Below, piece by piece: positions 20,016 through 29,061 of a stretch of 64,000 nt of DNA. The notes under the pieces were generated by a model, which did not search any database, was not told the origin of the DNA, and saw only the letters and a program-made list of their open reading frames with translations. The stretch comes from Candidatus Spechtbacteria bacterium RIFCSPLOWO2_12_FULL_38_22 (GTDB taxonomy: Bacteria; Patescibacteriota; Minisyncoccia; Spechtbacterales; 2-12-FULL-38-22), in the NCBI GenBank assembly GCA_001820055.1, contig MHOK01000005.1, positions 7,371-71,370 on the forward strand, in the 5' to 3' direction. The position numbers were made by a program, and so were the translations under genes. Positions within the stretch are counted from its first letter, which is position 1, and each line of letters starts with the position of its first letter.

Positions 20016-20390
20016 TTATTTTTGTTTTTCAATAGACCTTATTAAACCATTAATTAACTTCTCTACATCCTTGCTTGTTTCGCCTAACTGCTGACAGCTC
20101 TCTTTGTCTATTAATTTTAAATCTCTGGCCAAAAGTAGGAAATTCTGCACTTCTGCCACAGAACCCCTTGCTTGATAATAAAATCTTATTTTGTCGTTGT
20201 AGTGATATCGCGCAAATCCCTCTGCCATATTGGCTGTAACTGAACTTGAGGCTCTCCTCAACTGACTAGTTATCCCAAACACTTCTTCTTTGGGAAACCT
20301 TTCTGTAATTTGGTAAATTTTTATGATCAACTGGTGACCCTTTTTCCAAGCGCCCAAGTCATAAAAATTTTTAATGGAATTTTCGTTCAT
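20016..20390 (-). CDS. Four-helix-bundle protein (TIGR02436-type, '23S rRNA intervening-sequence protein' family)
   Basis: 124 aa. N-terminal region (FYDLGAWKKGHQLIIKIYQITERFPKEE...SQLRRASSSVTANMAEGF) matches this family. Confidence 0.7.
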   Translation of the reverse strand: MNENSIKNFYDLGAWKKGHQLIIKIYQITERFPKEEVFGITSQLRRASSSVTANMAEGFARYHYNDKIRFYYQARGSVAEVQNFLLLARDLKLIDKESCQQLGETSKDVEKLINGLIRSIEKQK

Positions 20391-20426
20391 TTTACTAGTT
20401 ACTAGTTGTTTGTTACTTGTTACTAA

Positions 20427-21875
20427 TTATTTCAAATAGTATTTCTCCTTTATATCCTGATTAACTTTTTCTTCCAGTTTTTCTTGTTTCTTTATGGCTT
20501 CTTTTTTTAACTTTTCAAGCTCTTTATCGCTCATTTTACCCAGTTCTCCTGTTCGTTTTTTTAAATAAGTCTTTTTATTTTTTAATGGATCGTCTAACAC
20601 CTCGTCTAAAAGAACGTTTAATACCTGTCCCACTTTTGGACTAGGCTTAATATCTAAAAATTTCATTACCTCGTTGCCGGAAACTTTCAACATGCCAACA
20701 GAGATAGCGTCCTTTTGTACTTTATCTATCATGTAGCGAAGATGACGAAGGCGATATGGTTCGGGCTTTGGAACGCCAGAACCCATTCTGTCGCAAATCC
20801 TTACTTTAATCAAGTCGTCCATATTTTGAGAACCAACCTTCGCGATAAGACGACGGACAGAGCTTTCCGTAACTTCGTCCACATTATAGTAAAACAGGTG
20901 ATAGCGCACTAAAGATACCACCCGTTCAATAAATTCACGTGAAAAATTAAGTCGCTCAAGGGCTTTACGCGTTATGCGCGCGCCCACAACTTCGTGGCCG
21001 TAAAAGGTTGCCTCTTCTCCTTCGCCTCTCTTTGTTTGGGGTTTACCAACATCGTGAAATAATGCGGCAAAACGCACGTGCGTAGGGTAGTCGTGTTCTG
21101 CGGCCCATTTAAGAGATAGGGCATTATGTTCAAAAACAGTATATATATGATGTTTTGATTGGTCTACCCCAACACCTTTTGCAATCTCCAGTAAAACAAG
21201 CTCTAGGAGCCCCGTATCTTTCATAAACAAAAGTCCATTATAGGCGCTTTTCGCGTTTATTAGTTTCACCAGTTCGTCTCTTACCCTTTCGCTGGCTATC
21301 AGTTTTATTAAGTGCGCATTTTTTATAATAGCCTTAAATGTCTCCTCATCAATTGTAAAATTTAACTGCGCGGCAAAACGCACACCTCTCATAAGGCGAA
21401 GTGCGTCTTCGTTAAATCTCTCATGCGGATCTCCCACCGCTTTTATAAATCCCTCTTTTAGATCTTTTTTGCCGTTAAACAAGTCAACAAGTTTGCCATC
21501 AGCGCTCATGGCAAGAGCGTTAATGGTAAAATCTCTGCGAGCTAAGTCCTTTTCAAGCGACTCTGTAAACTTAACCTCATCTGGATGGCGTTTATCAGAA
21601 TACTTTGCTTCAACTCTATAAGTTGTAACTTCTATAACCTTAAGTATTTCGTCTTTAGAATCTGTTTTCACCCCGACTGTTCCAAATGTGTTTTCGTAAA
21701 AACTATCTGGAAACAGTTTTTGAATAGCTTGAGTTTTAGCATTGGTCGTGATATCCCAGTCCTTGGGTTTTTGTTCTAATAAAATATCGCGCACGCATCC
21801 GCCTACAACATAAGCCTCAAAACCTGCTTTTTCTAATGTCTTTAATACTTTTTCTACCTCTTTTGGTATTTTCAT
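20427..21875 (-). CDS. cca: CCA-adding tRNA nucleotidyltransferase with HD domain
   Basis: PolyA-polymerase head GGCVRD. HD domain (HDVGK). 482 aa. Confidence 0.85.
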   Translation of the reverse strand: MKIPKEVEKVLKTLEKAGFEAYVVGGCVRDILLEQKPKDWDITTNAKTQAIQKLFPDSFYENTFGTVGVKTDSKDEILKVIEVTTYRVEAKYSDKRHPDEVKFTESLEKDLARRDFTINALAMSADGKLVDLFNGKKDLKEGFIKAVGDPHERFNEDALRLMRGVRFAAQLNFTIDEETFKAIIKNAHLIKLIASERVRDELVKLINAKSAYNGLLFMKDTGLLELVLLEIAKGVGVDQSKHHIYTVFEHNALSLKWAAEHDYPTHVRFAALFHDVGKPQTKRGEGEEATFYGHEVVGARITRKALERLNFSREFIERVVSLVRYHLFYYNVDEVTESSVRRLIAKVGSQNMDDLIKVRICDRMGSGVPKPEPYRLRHLRYMIDKVQKDAISVGMLKVSGNEVMKFLDIKPSPKVGQVLNVLLDEVLDDPLKNKKTYLKKRTGELGKMSDKELEKLKKEAIKKQEKLEEKVNQDIKEKYYLK

Positions 21876-21907
21876 TATCAGTTACATTTCCTAAGACTTT
21901 CTAGGGG

Positions 21908-21956
21908 AAACTTCCTGGGGGTTGAATCTCCTGGGGGTTGAACCCCCAGGAGATTG
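21908..21956. repeat. REP palindromes (1.5 copies) downstream of the RAYT-type transposase gene
   Basis: CTTCCTGGGGGTTGAA then perfect palindrome TCTCCTGGGGGTTGAACCCCCAGGAGA. Confidence 0.65.
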
Positions 21957-21990
21957 CCGCTTATTACTTCCGACTTCTAATTTCCTGTTG

Positions 21991-22019
21991 ATTTCCCGGG
22001 GGTTCAACCCCTGGGAAAT
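21991..22019. repeat. REP palindrome
   Basis: ATTTCCCGGGGGTTCAACCCCTGGGAAAT, immediately 3' of the transposase stop. Confidence 0.65.
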
Positions 22020-22024
22020 GTGCA

Positions 22025-22750
22025 TTAAAACGTATCCGCTCTAATAATATTATTCTCCGCTTTAAAATTTATCCAGTCTTCAACAATTCTGCGACAACTA
22101 CTTTCTCCTCCAAATAAGTTTAAATAAAAATCTCTTTCTGTAACTAGAGGGAAATTAGAATTTCCAATATAATCACAATAACTAGACCACCTATACCTTT
22201 CCAAAAAATTTAGTGCGTTGTTCTTGTTTTTAACTATTAATTCTTTCCAATCCGACTCCACTAGTTCTACAGGATTTGTATGAACATAGCTAAATATAAC
22301 CATTAATTGTTCGTTAGTCTTAATTTTAACACTTCTATATCTACCCTGAAATATGCCACCCATACCACTCCTATTGTACTTCTCATTAAAATATCCCGTA
22401 TATCCATTGCCTAATTTCTTCATAAATAGAGATATACCGCCATCGTTTATCTCTCTCAAAATTAAATGAAAATGATTGCGCATAAGAACAAGGGCTAAAA
22501 TAGCAACTATCGGCTTACGTTGTTTAACACTTCTAGCCTCTAACTTCTTAGGGGTTGAACCCCCAGGAAGTCGTCTTTCGTCATTCTTTAAGTCTCCTAT
22601 AACAATAAGCTCCTTGTTATTAAACCAATATAATGATTCAATAAAGCGCAAATAATCTTTATCGTCTAAAAATATATCGCGTTTATCATATCCGCGATTA
22701 TATACATGGTATATTCCATTTATTTCAAAATCTCTAGGTGGTGAAGCCAT
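22025..22750 (-). mobile_element. IS200/IS605-like Y1 HUH transposase, REP-associated (RAYT)
   Basis: 241 aa. YHVYNRGYDKRDIF N-terminal motif. HUH motif NHFHLIL. Catalytic Tyr region YVHTNPV. Flanked on both sides by REP palindromes. One REP-like copy at 22546-22575 lies in-frame inside the CDS (RLPGGSTPKKL). Confidence 0.65.
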
Positions 22751-22765
22751 AAAGTCAACCTATCA

Positions 22766-22798
22766 TACAATTCCTGGGGGTTCAACCCCCAGGAATTG
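22766..22798. repeat. REP palindrome upstream of the RAYT-type transposase gene
   Basis: Perfect palindrome ACAATTCCTGGGGGTTCAACCCCCAGGAATTGT. Confidence 0.65.
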
Positions 22799-22874
22799 TA
22801 AATTAGCCACCGAGTCCGCCGAAAGGGCGAATAAACTCCGCGAGGCGAACCAAAACTCTTTGACTTTTCCTACG

Positions 22875-22951
22875 TGGTGCTCCCGGGAGGACTCGAACCT
22901 CCAACCTTCTGGTCCGAAGCCAGACACTCTATCCGATTGAGCTACAGGAGC
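22875..22951 (-). tRNA. tRNA-Arg (anticodon TCG), CCA encoded
   Basis: Manual cloverleaf fold. Acceptor GCTCCTG/CGGGAGC. Anticodon stem TCTGG/CCAGA with loop CTTCGGA (UCG). T-arm GGAGG-TTCGAGT-CCTCC. 3' ACCA. Confidence 0.8.
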
Positions 22952-23211
22952 TATACTTTGCTCAGAAAATATTCTGAGCCACGGAAGAACTAAAAACAAA
23001 TTCAAGTTACTACTTGCTTGCCGTCCGAAGTCTTGACGAAGGATGGCCCTTCCGAAGCCCACAATGAAATAAGGGGCGTAGGAGGGAGCTACAGGAGCAT
23101 ATCGTTATTTATACCACACGCTATGCTAAAATTCAATTGAGAAGTTGACTTTAATTTAAAATTATGTTAGGATTGAGACAGCGTACGAAATCCGTACAAG
23201 GGAGGTGAAAA

Positions 23212-23706
23212 GTGACTGCTCAACAAACTAAACAGCCCGATATGTACCAGCCGGGGGATAATGGGAAGGCGACTGCGGTATTAGTTCTAATGCCAGACCC
23301 AACCAATACATACCTTGGCATTCCATTAGTGAAGGACGAAAAGCATCCTAATCCAAAATGGAAACTACCAGGAGGTAGAGGAGAGGGTGAAGAAAGCCCT
23401 TCAAAGACAGGGGTCAGGGAGTTGCTAGAAGAAACTGGTGTTAGTGTAATCCAGTCCCAGTTGTTCCCTCTTACTGAACCAGAGGATAGACACACCAATA
23501 CATTTTTCCTGTACTGGACTGTTCTTCCCCAGTACCAACCCCTTAAGGACAGGGGAACAGTAGATAAAGAACTTGTGGGATTTTTCTCGGTAGAGGAAGT
23601 TATGGAAATGGTGGAGCGGGAAGAATTTCTGCGTTCCCATGGAAAATTCCTATATCCACTTTTTAAGTATCTGCGAAGCCAACATCCCCAATTCGTTACC
23701 GCCTGA
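23212..23706 (+). CDS. NUDIX hydrolase
   Basis: Nudix box GGRGEGEESPSKTGVRELLEETGV (GGx5Ex7REuxEExGu). GTG start preceded by GGAGGTG Shine-Dalgarno. GC content clearly above the window average. Confidence 0.8.
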   Translation: MTAQQTKQPDMYQPGDNGKATAVLVLMPDPTNTYLGIPLVKDEKHPNPKWKLPGGRGEGEESPSKTGVRELLEETGVSVIQSQLFPLTEPEDRHTNTFFLYWTVLPQYQPLKDRGTVDKELVGFFSVEEVMEMVEREEFLRSHGKFLYPLFKYLRSQHPQFVTA

Positions 23707-23819
23707 AAGAACATAAATACGTCTACTCTGTGTAGGCGTATTATTATATCTGGGGATTAGAAAATAGTGACTAAATATTTTATATCTGATAGAATTATTA
23801 TGTTGCATTAATAAAAAGT

Positions 23820-24239
23820 ATGGAAAAAATTTTTAATAGAATACTATTTGGGGTATTGATCATATTTATCGCGACACTTCCGATATCTCCACAAATTACT
23901 GAAGCAGATACAAGAGGGGGCGGACTAATCCCTTGCGGAGGAACTGAAAACCCTTGCGGTGTACGGGATCTATTTGTTCTACTGCACAATGTGGTGGATT
24001 TTGGTATTACAAAACTGGCTCCCATATTCGTTGTAATGATGCTCGTAATTGGAGGGTTCCACATACTAACTTCGGCAGGTAATCCGGGGCGCGTTACCAA
24101 GGGTAAGGACCTAATAAAATGGGCCTTAATCGGTTATGCGATAGTATTATTGTCATGGATCATTATAAATACGATATTTAGTCTCATCGGCCTTGCCAAT
24201 TGGACGGGGTTAAACAAATGGTGGGAAATAAAACTATAA
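23820..24239 (+). CDS. Small exported VirB2/TrbC-like (pilin-like) two-helix protein, stand-alone paralog
   Basis: 139 aa. Signal peptide, Cys pair (PCGGTENPCG), TM1, motif SAGNPGRVTKGKDL, TM2 (ILLSWIIINTIF). Same module as the N-terminal parts of 46899-48122 and 48132-49715. Confidence 0.45.
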   Translation: MEKIFNRILFGVLIIFIATLPISPQITEADTRGGGLIPCGGTENPCGVRDLFVLLHNVVDFGITKLAPIFVVMMLVIGGFHILTSAGNPGRVTKGKDLIKWALIGYAIVLLSWIIINTIFSLIGLANWTGLNKWWEIKL

Positions 24240-24293
24240 CAATACAGTTAGTAGTGAGTAGTTGGTAGGGAGTAGTGGATAACAACAAAAAAC

Positions 24294-24367
24294 CCGCCCA
24301 TAGCTCAATCCGGCAGAGCAGCTCCCTCTTAAGGAGAAGGTTTCAGGTTCAATTCCTGATGGGCGGA
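24294..24367 (+). tRNA. tRNA-Lys (anticodon CTT)
   Basis: Manual fold. Acceptor CCGCCCA/TGGGCGG. D-stem GCTC/GAGC. Anticodon loop CTCTTAA (CUU). T-arm TCAGG-TTCAATT-CCTGA. Discriminator A. CCA not encoded. Confidence 0.78.
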
Positions 24368-24464
24368 CACTCTAGAAAACGGCTCGTACTACTTCAATAA
24401 TACTGGACATTTTTCATACAAAAATCCTTGATTTAACAAATATAGTATGGTAGCATAGATAAAT

Positions 24465-24734
24465 ATGGCATTAAAAACAGATTCTAAACAAAAAGTTATA
24501 GAAGACTACAAATTACATCCAGCCGATACGGGTTCCGCAGAAGTTCAAGTAGCTGTTCTAACAGAAGAAATTAACAAACTAGTTAAACATCTTAAGAAAC
24601 ATAAAAAAGACGACCACTCCAGACGCGGTCTTTTAATGATGGTTTCAAAAAGAAAAAGATTATTGGATTATCTCTCACGTGAAAACGAAAAGAGGTACAA
24701 AAATCTAATCAAAAAACTAGGATTAAAAAGATAA
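24465..24734 (+). CDS. rpsO: 30S ribosomal protein S15
   Basis: 89 aa. Full-length S15 match ([16 protein letters not shown]...[16 protein letters not shown]). Confidence 0.92.
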   Translation: MALKTDSKQKVIEDYKLHPADTGSAEVQVAVLTEEINKLVKHLKKHKKDDHSRRGLLMMVSKRKRLLDYLSRENEKRYKNLIKKLGLKR

Positions 24735-24736
24735 TC

Positions 24737-25252
24737 ATGGTAGAACCTATTACATATCCGGCTCAACGAGTTGCTGTTTTGATAGATGTTCAGAACTTTT
24801 ATCACTCCGCAAAAAACATATACAAACGCCGAGTAAACTTTAAAGAAATACTAAAACACGCTGTTCAAGATAGGCAACTAATACGCGCCTACGCATATGT
24901 CGTTAGCACAGAAAGCGGGGAAGAAAAAGATTTTTTTGAAGTTCTTAAGGGCATGGGGATTGAAATACGCGTAAAAGACCTGCAAATATACTACGGCGGA
25001 TTAAAAAAGGCCGATTGGGATGTTGGGGTTGTAATAGATGCAGTGCGCTTATGTAGCTATGCGGATGTGATAATTTTAATGAGTGGAGATGGTGATTTTA
25101 TACCTCTTGTTGAATACCTTAAAAACAAGGGGGTGCAGACAGAAGTTCTTGCGTTCGGACGCAGCGCATCAGCAAAGCTAAAGGAGTCAGCAGACTATTT
25201 TATAGACTTAGATGAAGCACCGGATAGGTTTTTACTAAAAAAGAAACTATAA
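24737..25252 (+). CDS. NYN-domain (LabA-like/DUF88) putative RNase
   Basis: VAVLIDVQNF ... DVGVVIDAV ... SGDGDFIPLV. Inserted between rpsO and pnp. Confidence 0.62.
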   Translation: MVEPITYPAQRVAVLIDVQNFYHSAKNIYKRRVNFKEILKHAVQDRQLIRAYAYVVSTESGEEKDFFEVLKGMGIEIRVKDLQIYYGGLKKADWDVGVVIDAVRLCSYADVIILMSGDGDFIPLVEYLKNKGVQTEVLAFGRSASAKLKESADYFIDLDEAPDRFLLKKKL

Positions 25253-25289
25253 AACTTAACAAGCAATTTATAGATTTAAACAGAGAAAG

Positions 25290-25339
25290 AAAGACAAAGA
25301 TTGAATTACTGTAGGTGCGGCAACTCAATCTTTGTCTTT
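25290..25339 (+). promoter_or_regulatory. pnp leader stem-loop (candidate RNase III/autoregulatory hairpin)
   Basis: AAAGACAAAGATTGAATT-(14 nt)-AACTCAATCTTTGTCTTT, about 30 nt 5' of the pnp ATG. Confidence 0.45.
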
Positions 25340-25368
25340 ACTCTAAATCTACAAATTGCATTTTAGAA

Positions 25369-27504
25369 ATGCAAAAAAAAGAATATTCTATTGAACTTGG
25401 GGGTGAAACGCTAACTCTCCGTTTTTTAAATTGGGCACAACAAGCAGATGCTTCTGTTTTGGCTCAACTAGGTGAAACAGTTGTCTTGTCTACTGTTGTT
25501 ATGGGAAAGAAAGAGAGTGCCTTGTCTTACTTTCCCCTAACTGTCGAGTACGCAGAAAAATATTATGCTGCCGGAAAAATAGGGGGTGGTAGATTTAATA
25601 AAAGAGAAGGAAGACCGTCAAATGACGCAACACTAAAAGGCAGGCTAATAGACAGAACAATAAGACCGCTATTTAATAACTCCATGAGACGCGATGTTCA
25701 GGTTGTAAGCACTATACTAAGTTATGATTATAAAAATACTCCAGAAATTTTGGCGCTCATTGCCTCTTCCACCGCGCTATGCATATCAAACATACCGTGG
25801 GACGGGCCAATTGGAGCTGTGAGAATGGCAAAAATAGACGAACACTGGAAAATAAATCCCAGCGCCGAAGATAAGGCAAGCTTTAGCGCTGATATAATCG
25901 CTTCCGGACCAAAAGGAAAGATAAATATGATAGAGATTGGGGCTAACGAGGTGCAGGAAAAAGACTTGGTGGACGCCTTGAGTATAGCGCAAAAAGAAAT
26001 AGATAAACTTGTTGATTTTCAATTAAAAATTCAAAAAGAAATTGGCGAAAAGAAAGAACAAATAGAGCTACGGGAGGCACCGCAGGAAATTCAAAAAGAA
26101 ATACGAGGAAATTTTGAGCAAAAAATAAGGTCTCTCATAATAGAAAACTCCACTAAAGAGGGTAAAGAGGAGTTGAATACTCTCACCGATGAATTAAAAA
26201 AATACCTAGAGGAAAAATATACTGAAAATAACCCTCAATACATAGACAGGGGTTTAGAATATTTTGATAAGCTGATAGATGAGTTAGTGCACGAAGCGGC
26301 TCTTAAACACAATAAAAGGGTAGATGGCCGAGCATTTGATGAAATTAGAAATCTTTCTGCAGAAATATCCATCTTGCCTCGAACGCATGGATCTGGAATA
26401 TTTATGAGGGGTCTTACGCACGTACTGTCTGCGGTAACCCTTGATTCACCCGGGGAAGAGGAGCTAAGCGATGCAATGGAGGGAGAGGCTAAAAAACGTT
26501 TCATGCATCACTACAACTTTCCTCCATACTCTGTGGGGGAAGTTGGATTCTTCCGCGGACCGGGCAGAAGAGAAATAGGGCACGGAGCGTTAGCAGAAAA
26601 AGCGTTACAACCGCTTATTCCTGTTCTTGAAGAATTCCCATATGTTGTACGAGTAGTAACCGAAGCCATATCCAGCAATGGTTCAACTTCCATGGCTTCT
26701 GTTTGTGGAAGCTCTCTTGCCCTTATGGACGCTGGTGTTCCTATTAAAAACCATATAGCTGGAATTGCCATGGGTCTAATAACAGACGGTAAAAATACAA
26801 AAATTCTAACAGATATTCAAGGCCCAGAAGATCATTACGGCGATATGGACTTTAAAGTTGCTGGAACAAGAAATGGGGTGACAGCCGTACAACTAGACGT
26901 AAAAATAGGTGGTTTGGATACAGACTTAGTCACTTCCGTACTTGAACAAGCAAAAAAAGCAAGATTACAAATAATCGAACTGCTAGAAAAGACCATACCA
27001 AGCCCGAGAGAAGAAATATCTAAATACGCACCGGTGATAGAATTTATTAAGATAGAACCCTCCACCATAGCAATATTAATAGGAAGCGGTGGAAGAACTA
27101 TCAAGGAGTTAATGGCACAAACAAACACCGAGATTGATGTCGAAGATGATGGTAGCGTATATGTCAGTGGAGCATTAAGAGAAGAGGTTCAAAAAGCAAT
27201 TAAGCGAGTTGAACAAATAACTCATCAGGTAGAGATCGGAGAAATATATGAAGCCAAAGTAGTGCGTATTGCGGACTTTGGAGCATTTGTAGAACTGACC
27301 CCCGGGCAAGACGCGCTTGTTCATGTTTCAGAAATTAGTTCAAACTATGTAAAAAATGTAAGCGATATAGTAAAGGTAGGGGATACTATACGGGTAAAAG
27401 TAATAAAAATTGACGAAAGTGGAAAAATTGCGGCCTCTGCTCGCTTCAACGACGCAAACGAAACAAACAAAACAAGTGGAAAACACGATAACGCTATGAG
27501 TTAA
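25369..27504 (+). CDS. pnp: Polynucleotide phosphorylase
   Basis: Two RNase PH domains, KH domain and S1 domain. Conserved rpsO-pnp neighbourhood. The ORF track starts at an upstream GTG (25315). ATG 25369 fits the PNPase N-terminus (MQKKEYSIELGG). Confidence 0.9.
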   Translation: MQKKEYSIELGGETLTLRFLNWAQQADASVLAQLGETVVLSTVVMGKKESALSYFPLTVEYAEKYYAAGKIGGGRFNKREGRPSNDATLKGRLIDRTIRPLFNNSMRRDVQVVSTILSYDYKNTPEILALIASSTALCISNIPWDGPIGAVRMAKIDEHWKINPSAEDKASFSADIIASGPKGKINMIEIGANEVQEKDLVDALSIAQKEIDKLVDFQLKIQKEIGEKKEQIELREAPQEIQKEIRGNFEQKIRSLIIENSTKEGKEELNTLTDELKKYLEEKYTENNPQYIDRGLEYFDKLIDELVHEAALKHNKRVDGRAFDEIRNLSAEISILPRTHGSGIFMRGLTHVLSAVTLDSPGEEELSDAMEGEAKKRFMHHYNFPPYSVGEVGFFRGPGRREIGHGALAEKALQPLIPVLEEFPYVVRVVTEAISSNGSTSMASVCGSSLALMDAGVPIKNHIAGIAMGLITDGKNTKILTDIQGPEDHYGDMDFKVAGTRNGVTAVQLDVKIGGLDTDLVTSVLEQAKKARLQIIELLEKTIPSPREEISKYAPVIEFIKIEPSTIAILIGSGGRTIKELMAQTNTEIDVEDDGSVYVSGALREEVQKAIKRVEQITHQVEIGEIYEAKVVRIADFGAFVELTPGQDALVHVSEISSNYVKNVSDIVKVGDTIRVKVIKIDESGKIAASARFNDANETNKTSGKHDNAMS

Positions 27505-27526
27505 AATTTTGTGATAATATGAAGCT

Positions 27527-29056
27527 ATGGTAAAGCAAACTTTTCTAGGAACAATTAGAACAATGCAAGATGATATAAAAGGAGCTCCACAAAAGTCTCT
27601 GGAATACTCTGATCAACCTGATTCTATGGCCGTTCCTGCGCCAAAAAAAACTCCAGAACCCCCACATTTTAAACCACGACCAACGCCTCTACCCGTACAT
27701 AGCCTGCCCACAGAAGAAACCCCGAAACCTCCAATTTTAAAATCATCACCGACACCGCTACCGCCACTACCTCAAATTAAATTAGAAGCTCAACCTACTA
27801 CAACTCATGCTACTCCACCTATAAATCTTCCTTTTCAAAAAAAATCATCAAGAGATATACTTGATGAGCTTTTGCCTATGGAGGATAATGAATTTGCGTC
27901 AACACAACCACAAAAAATAGTGCTACCAGGCACCGAAAAAGAAGAAGAGAGAATAGAACAAGAAATTTTTCCAAGTCCCAACTTTCCAAAAGAAGAAACG
28001 CCAGAACAGTTGTTGGGGCTGGGTGACATAGGTGAAATAAATGATATAGAAAGAACCATTGAAGCTCAGACCGTTCCTTCTACTGCGCCTCTGCGCCCAA
28101 TACACGCACCGATACCACCAAAAGCGCCGGCGCCAATGCTTCCAACACAAAATACTCCAACGCCACCACTTCTCACTACTACAAAAATGAAAAGAAAAAA
28201 AATATTTTTATCAAAAACAATCCTTCTCACAACGTCATTCGTAGTAATCGGAGCGGTGCTTGTTGGTGGTGGGCTATATTTTATATTCTCAAACAAAGAC
28301 GACTCACAGGTTTCCCAAGAACCTGAAAAAATAGATACTGAAAAGACGGAGGATTTGGATTTAACACCTCCAAAAGCACTGGTAAGCCCCGATTTTATAC
28401 TAGAAAATATAGTCGTACAAGATGCACTTAAAAACACCTTGCTTGGAATGTTTGACGACTTAAAACAGGCTAATTTTACAAAAAACACGATTACCTATGT
28501 ACCCATAAGGTTAAAGGGCGTGGTGGTTGACCGAAAGGCTCAATTTTTAAAACTACAAACCTTTTTTAGCGGATTAGACATAGCCTATCCCAAGGAACTG
28601 TTTGACGCTGTAGAATCTAATTTTATGCTCTACATATATTCCCCAGGAGATGAAGAAAGAATAGCTTGTCAAAACAACCTCGTAAGCGAAGAGGAGTGTT
28701 ATGGACCGCGTCTGGGTATAGTTATACAGGCACAAGAAGGTAAACAAGAACAACTAACAAAACTCATGACAGAGTGGACAGACGTGGCTAAAACATCAGG
28801 TCTGGAACAGTTTGTTTTAAATAGCCTAACCAAAATGCCATCGGAAACAGTATTTGAACAAGGAGTATACAAAAGCACAAACGTACCGTCTGCGCCGGAA
28901 GTTGCCGTACATTACATGAATTTACAAATGGCAAAATATAACAATTTAGGACTTTCGGGAACGGCGCTAGACTTTGCCGTCTTAGGCAATAAATTAATAC
29001 TAGCTACCTCAAAAAACTCTATGCGCAAAATTATAGATTACATATTAGCCGAATAA
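27527..29056 (+). CDS. Bitopic membrane protein with Pro-rich N-terminal region
   Basis: 509 aa. Proline-rich low-complexity N-terminal ~220 aa. Single TM (ILLTTSFVVIGAVLVGGGLYFIF). ~260-aa C-terminal domain of unknown function. Confidence 0.35.
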   Translation: MVKQTFLGTIRTMQDDIKGAPQKSLEYSDQPDSMAVPAPKKTPEPPHFKPRPTPLPVHSLPTEETPKPPILKSSPTPLPPLPQIKLEAQPTTTHATPPINLPFQKKSSRDILDELLPMEDNEFASTQPQKIVLPGTEKEEERIEQEIFPSPNFPKEETPEQLLGLGDIGEINDIERTIEAQTVPSTAPLRPIHAPIPPKAPAPMLPTQNTPTPPLLTTTKMKRKKIFLSKTILLTTSFVVIGAVLVGGGLYFIFSNKDDSQVSQEPEKIDTEKTEDLDLTPPKALVSPDFILENIVVQDALKNTLLGMFDDLKQANFTKNTITYVPIRLKGVVVDRKAQFLKLQTFFSGLDIAYPKELFDAVESNFMLYIYSPGDEERIACQNNLVSEEECYGPRLGIVIQAQEGKQEQLTKLMTEWTDVAKTSGLEQFVLNSLTKMPSETVFEQGVYKSTNVPSAPEVAVHYMNLQMAKYNNLGLSGTALDFAVLGNKLILATSKNSMRKIIDYILAE

Positions 29057-29061
29057 TAAAC

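Noticed and set aside
22763-23062. 99-aa ORF overlapping tRNA-Arg
   Set aside because: Overlaps a well-formed tRNA and has no coding signal.
23079-23097. Second tRNA next to tRNA-Arg
   Set aside because: Only the first 13 nt of the tRNA 5' end are duplicated. The downstream sequence lacks D/T arms. Interpreted as a possible integration scar, not a gene.
23220-23714. 164-aa minus-strand ORF fully antisense to the Nudix gene
   Set aside because: Open antisense frame caused by the locally high GC. No motif. The Nudix frame carries the Nudix box and an SD-preceded GTG start.
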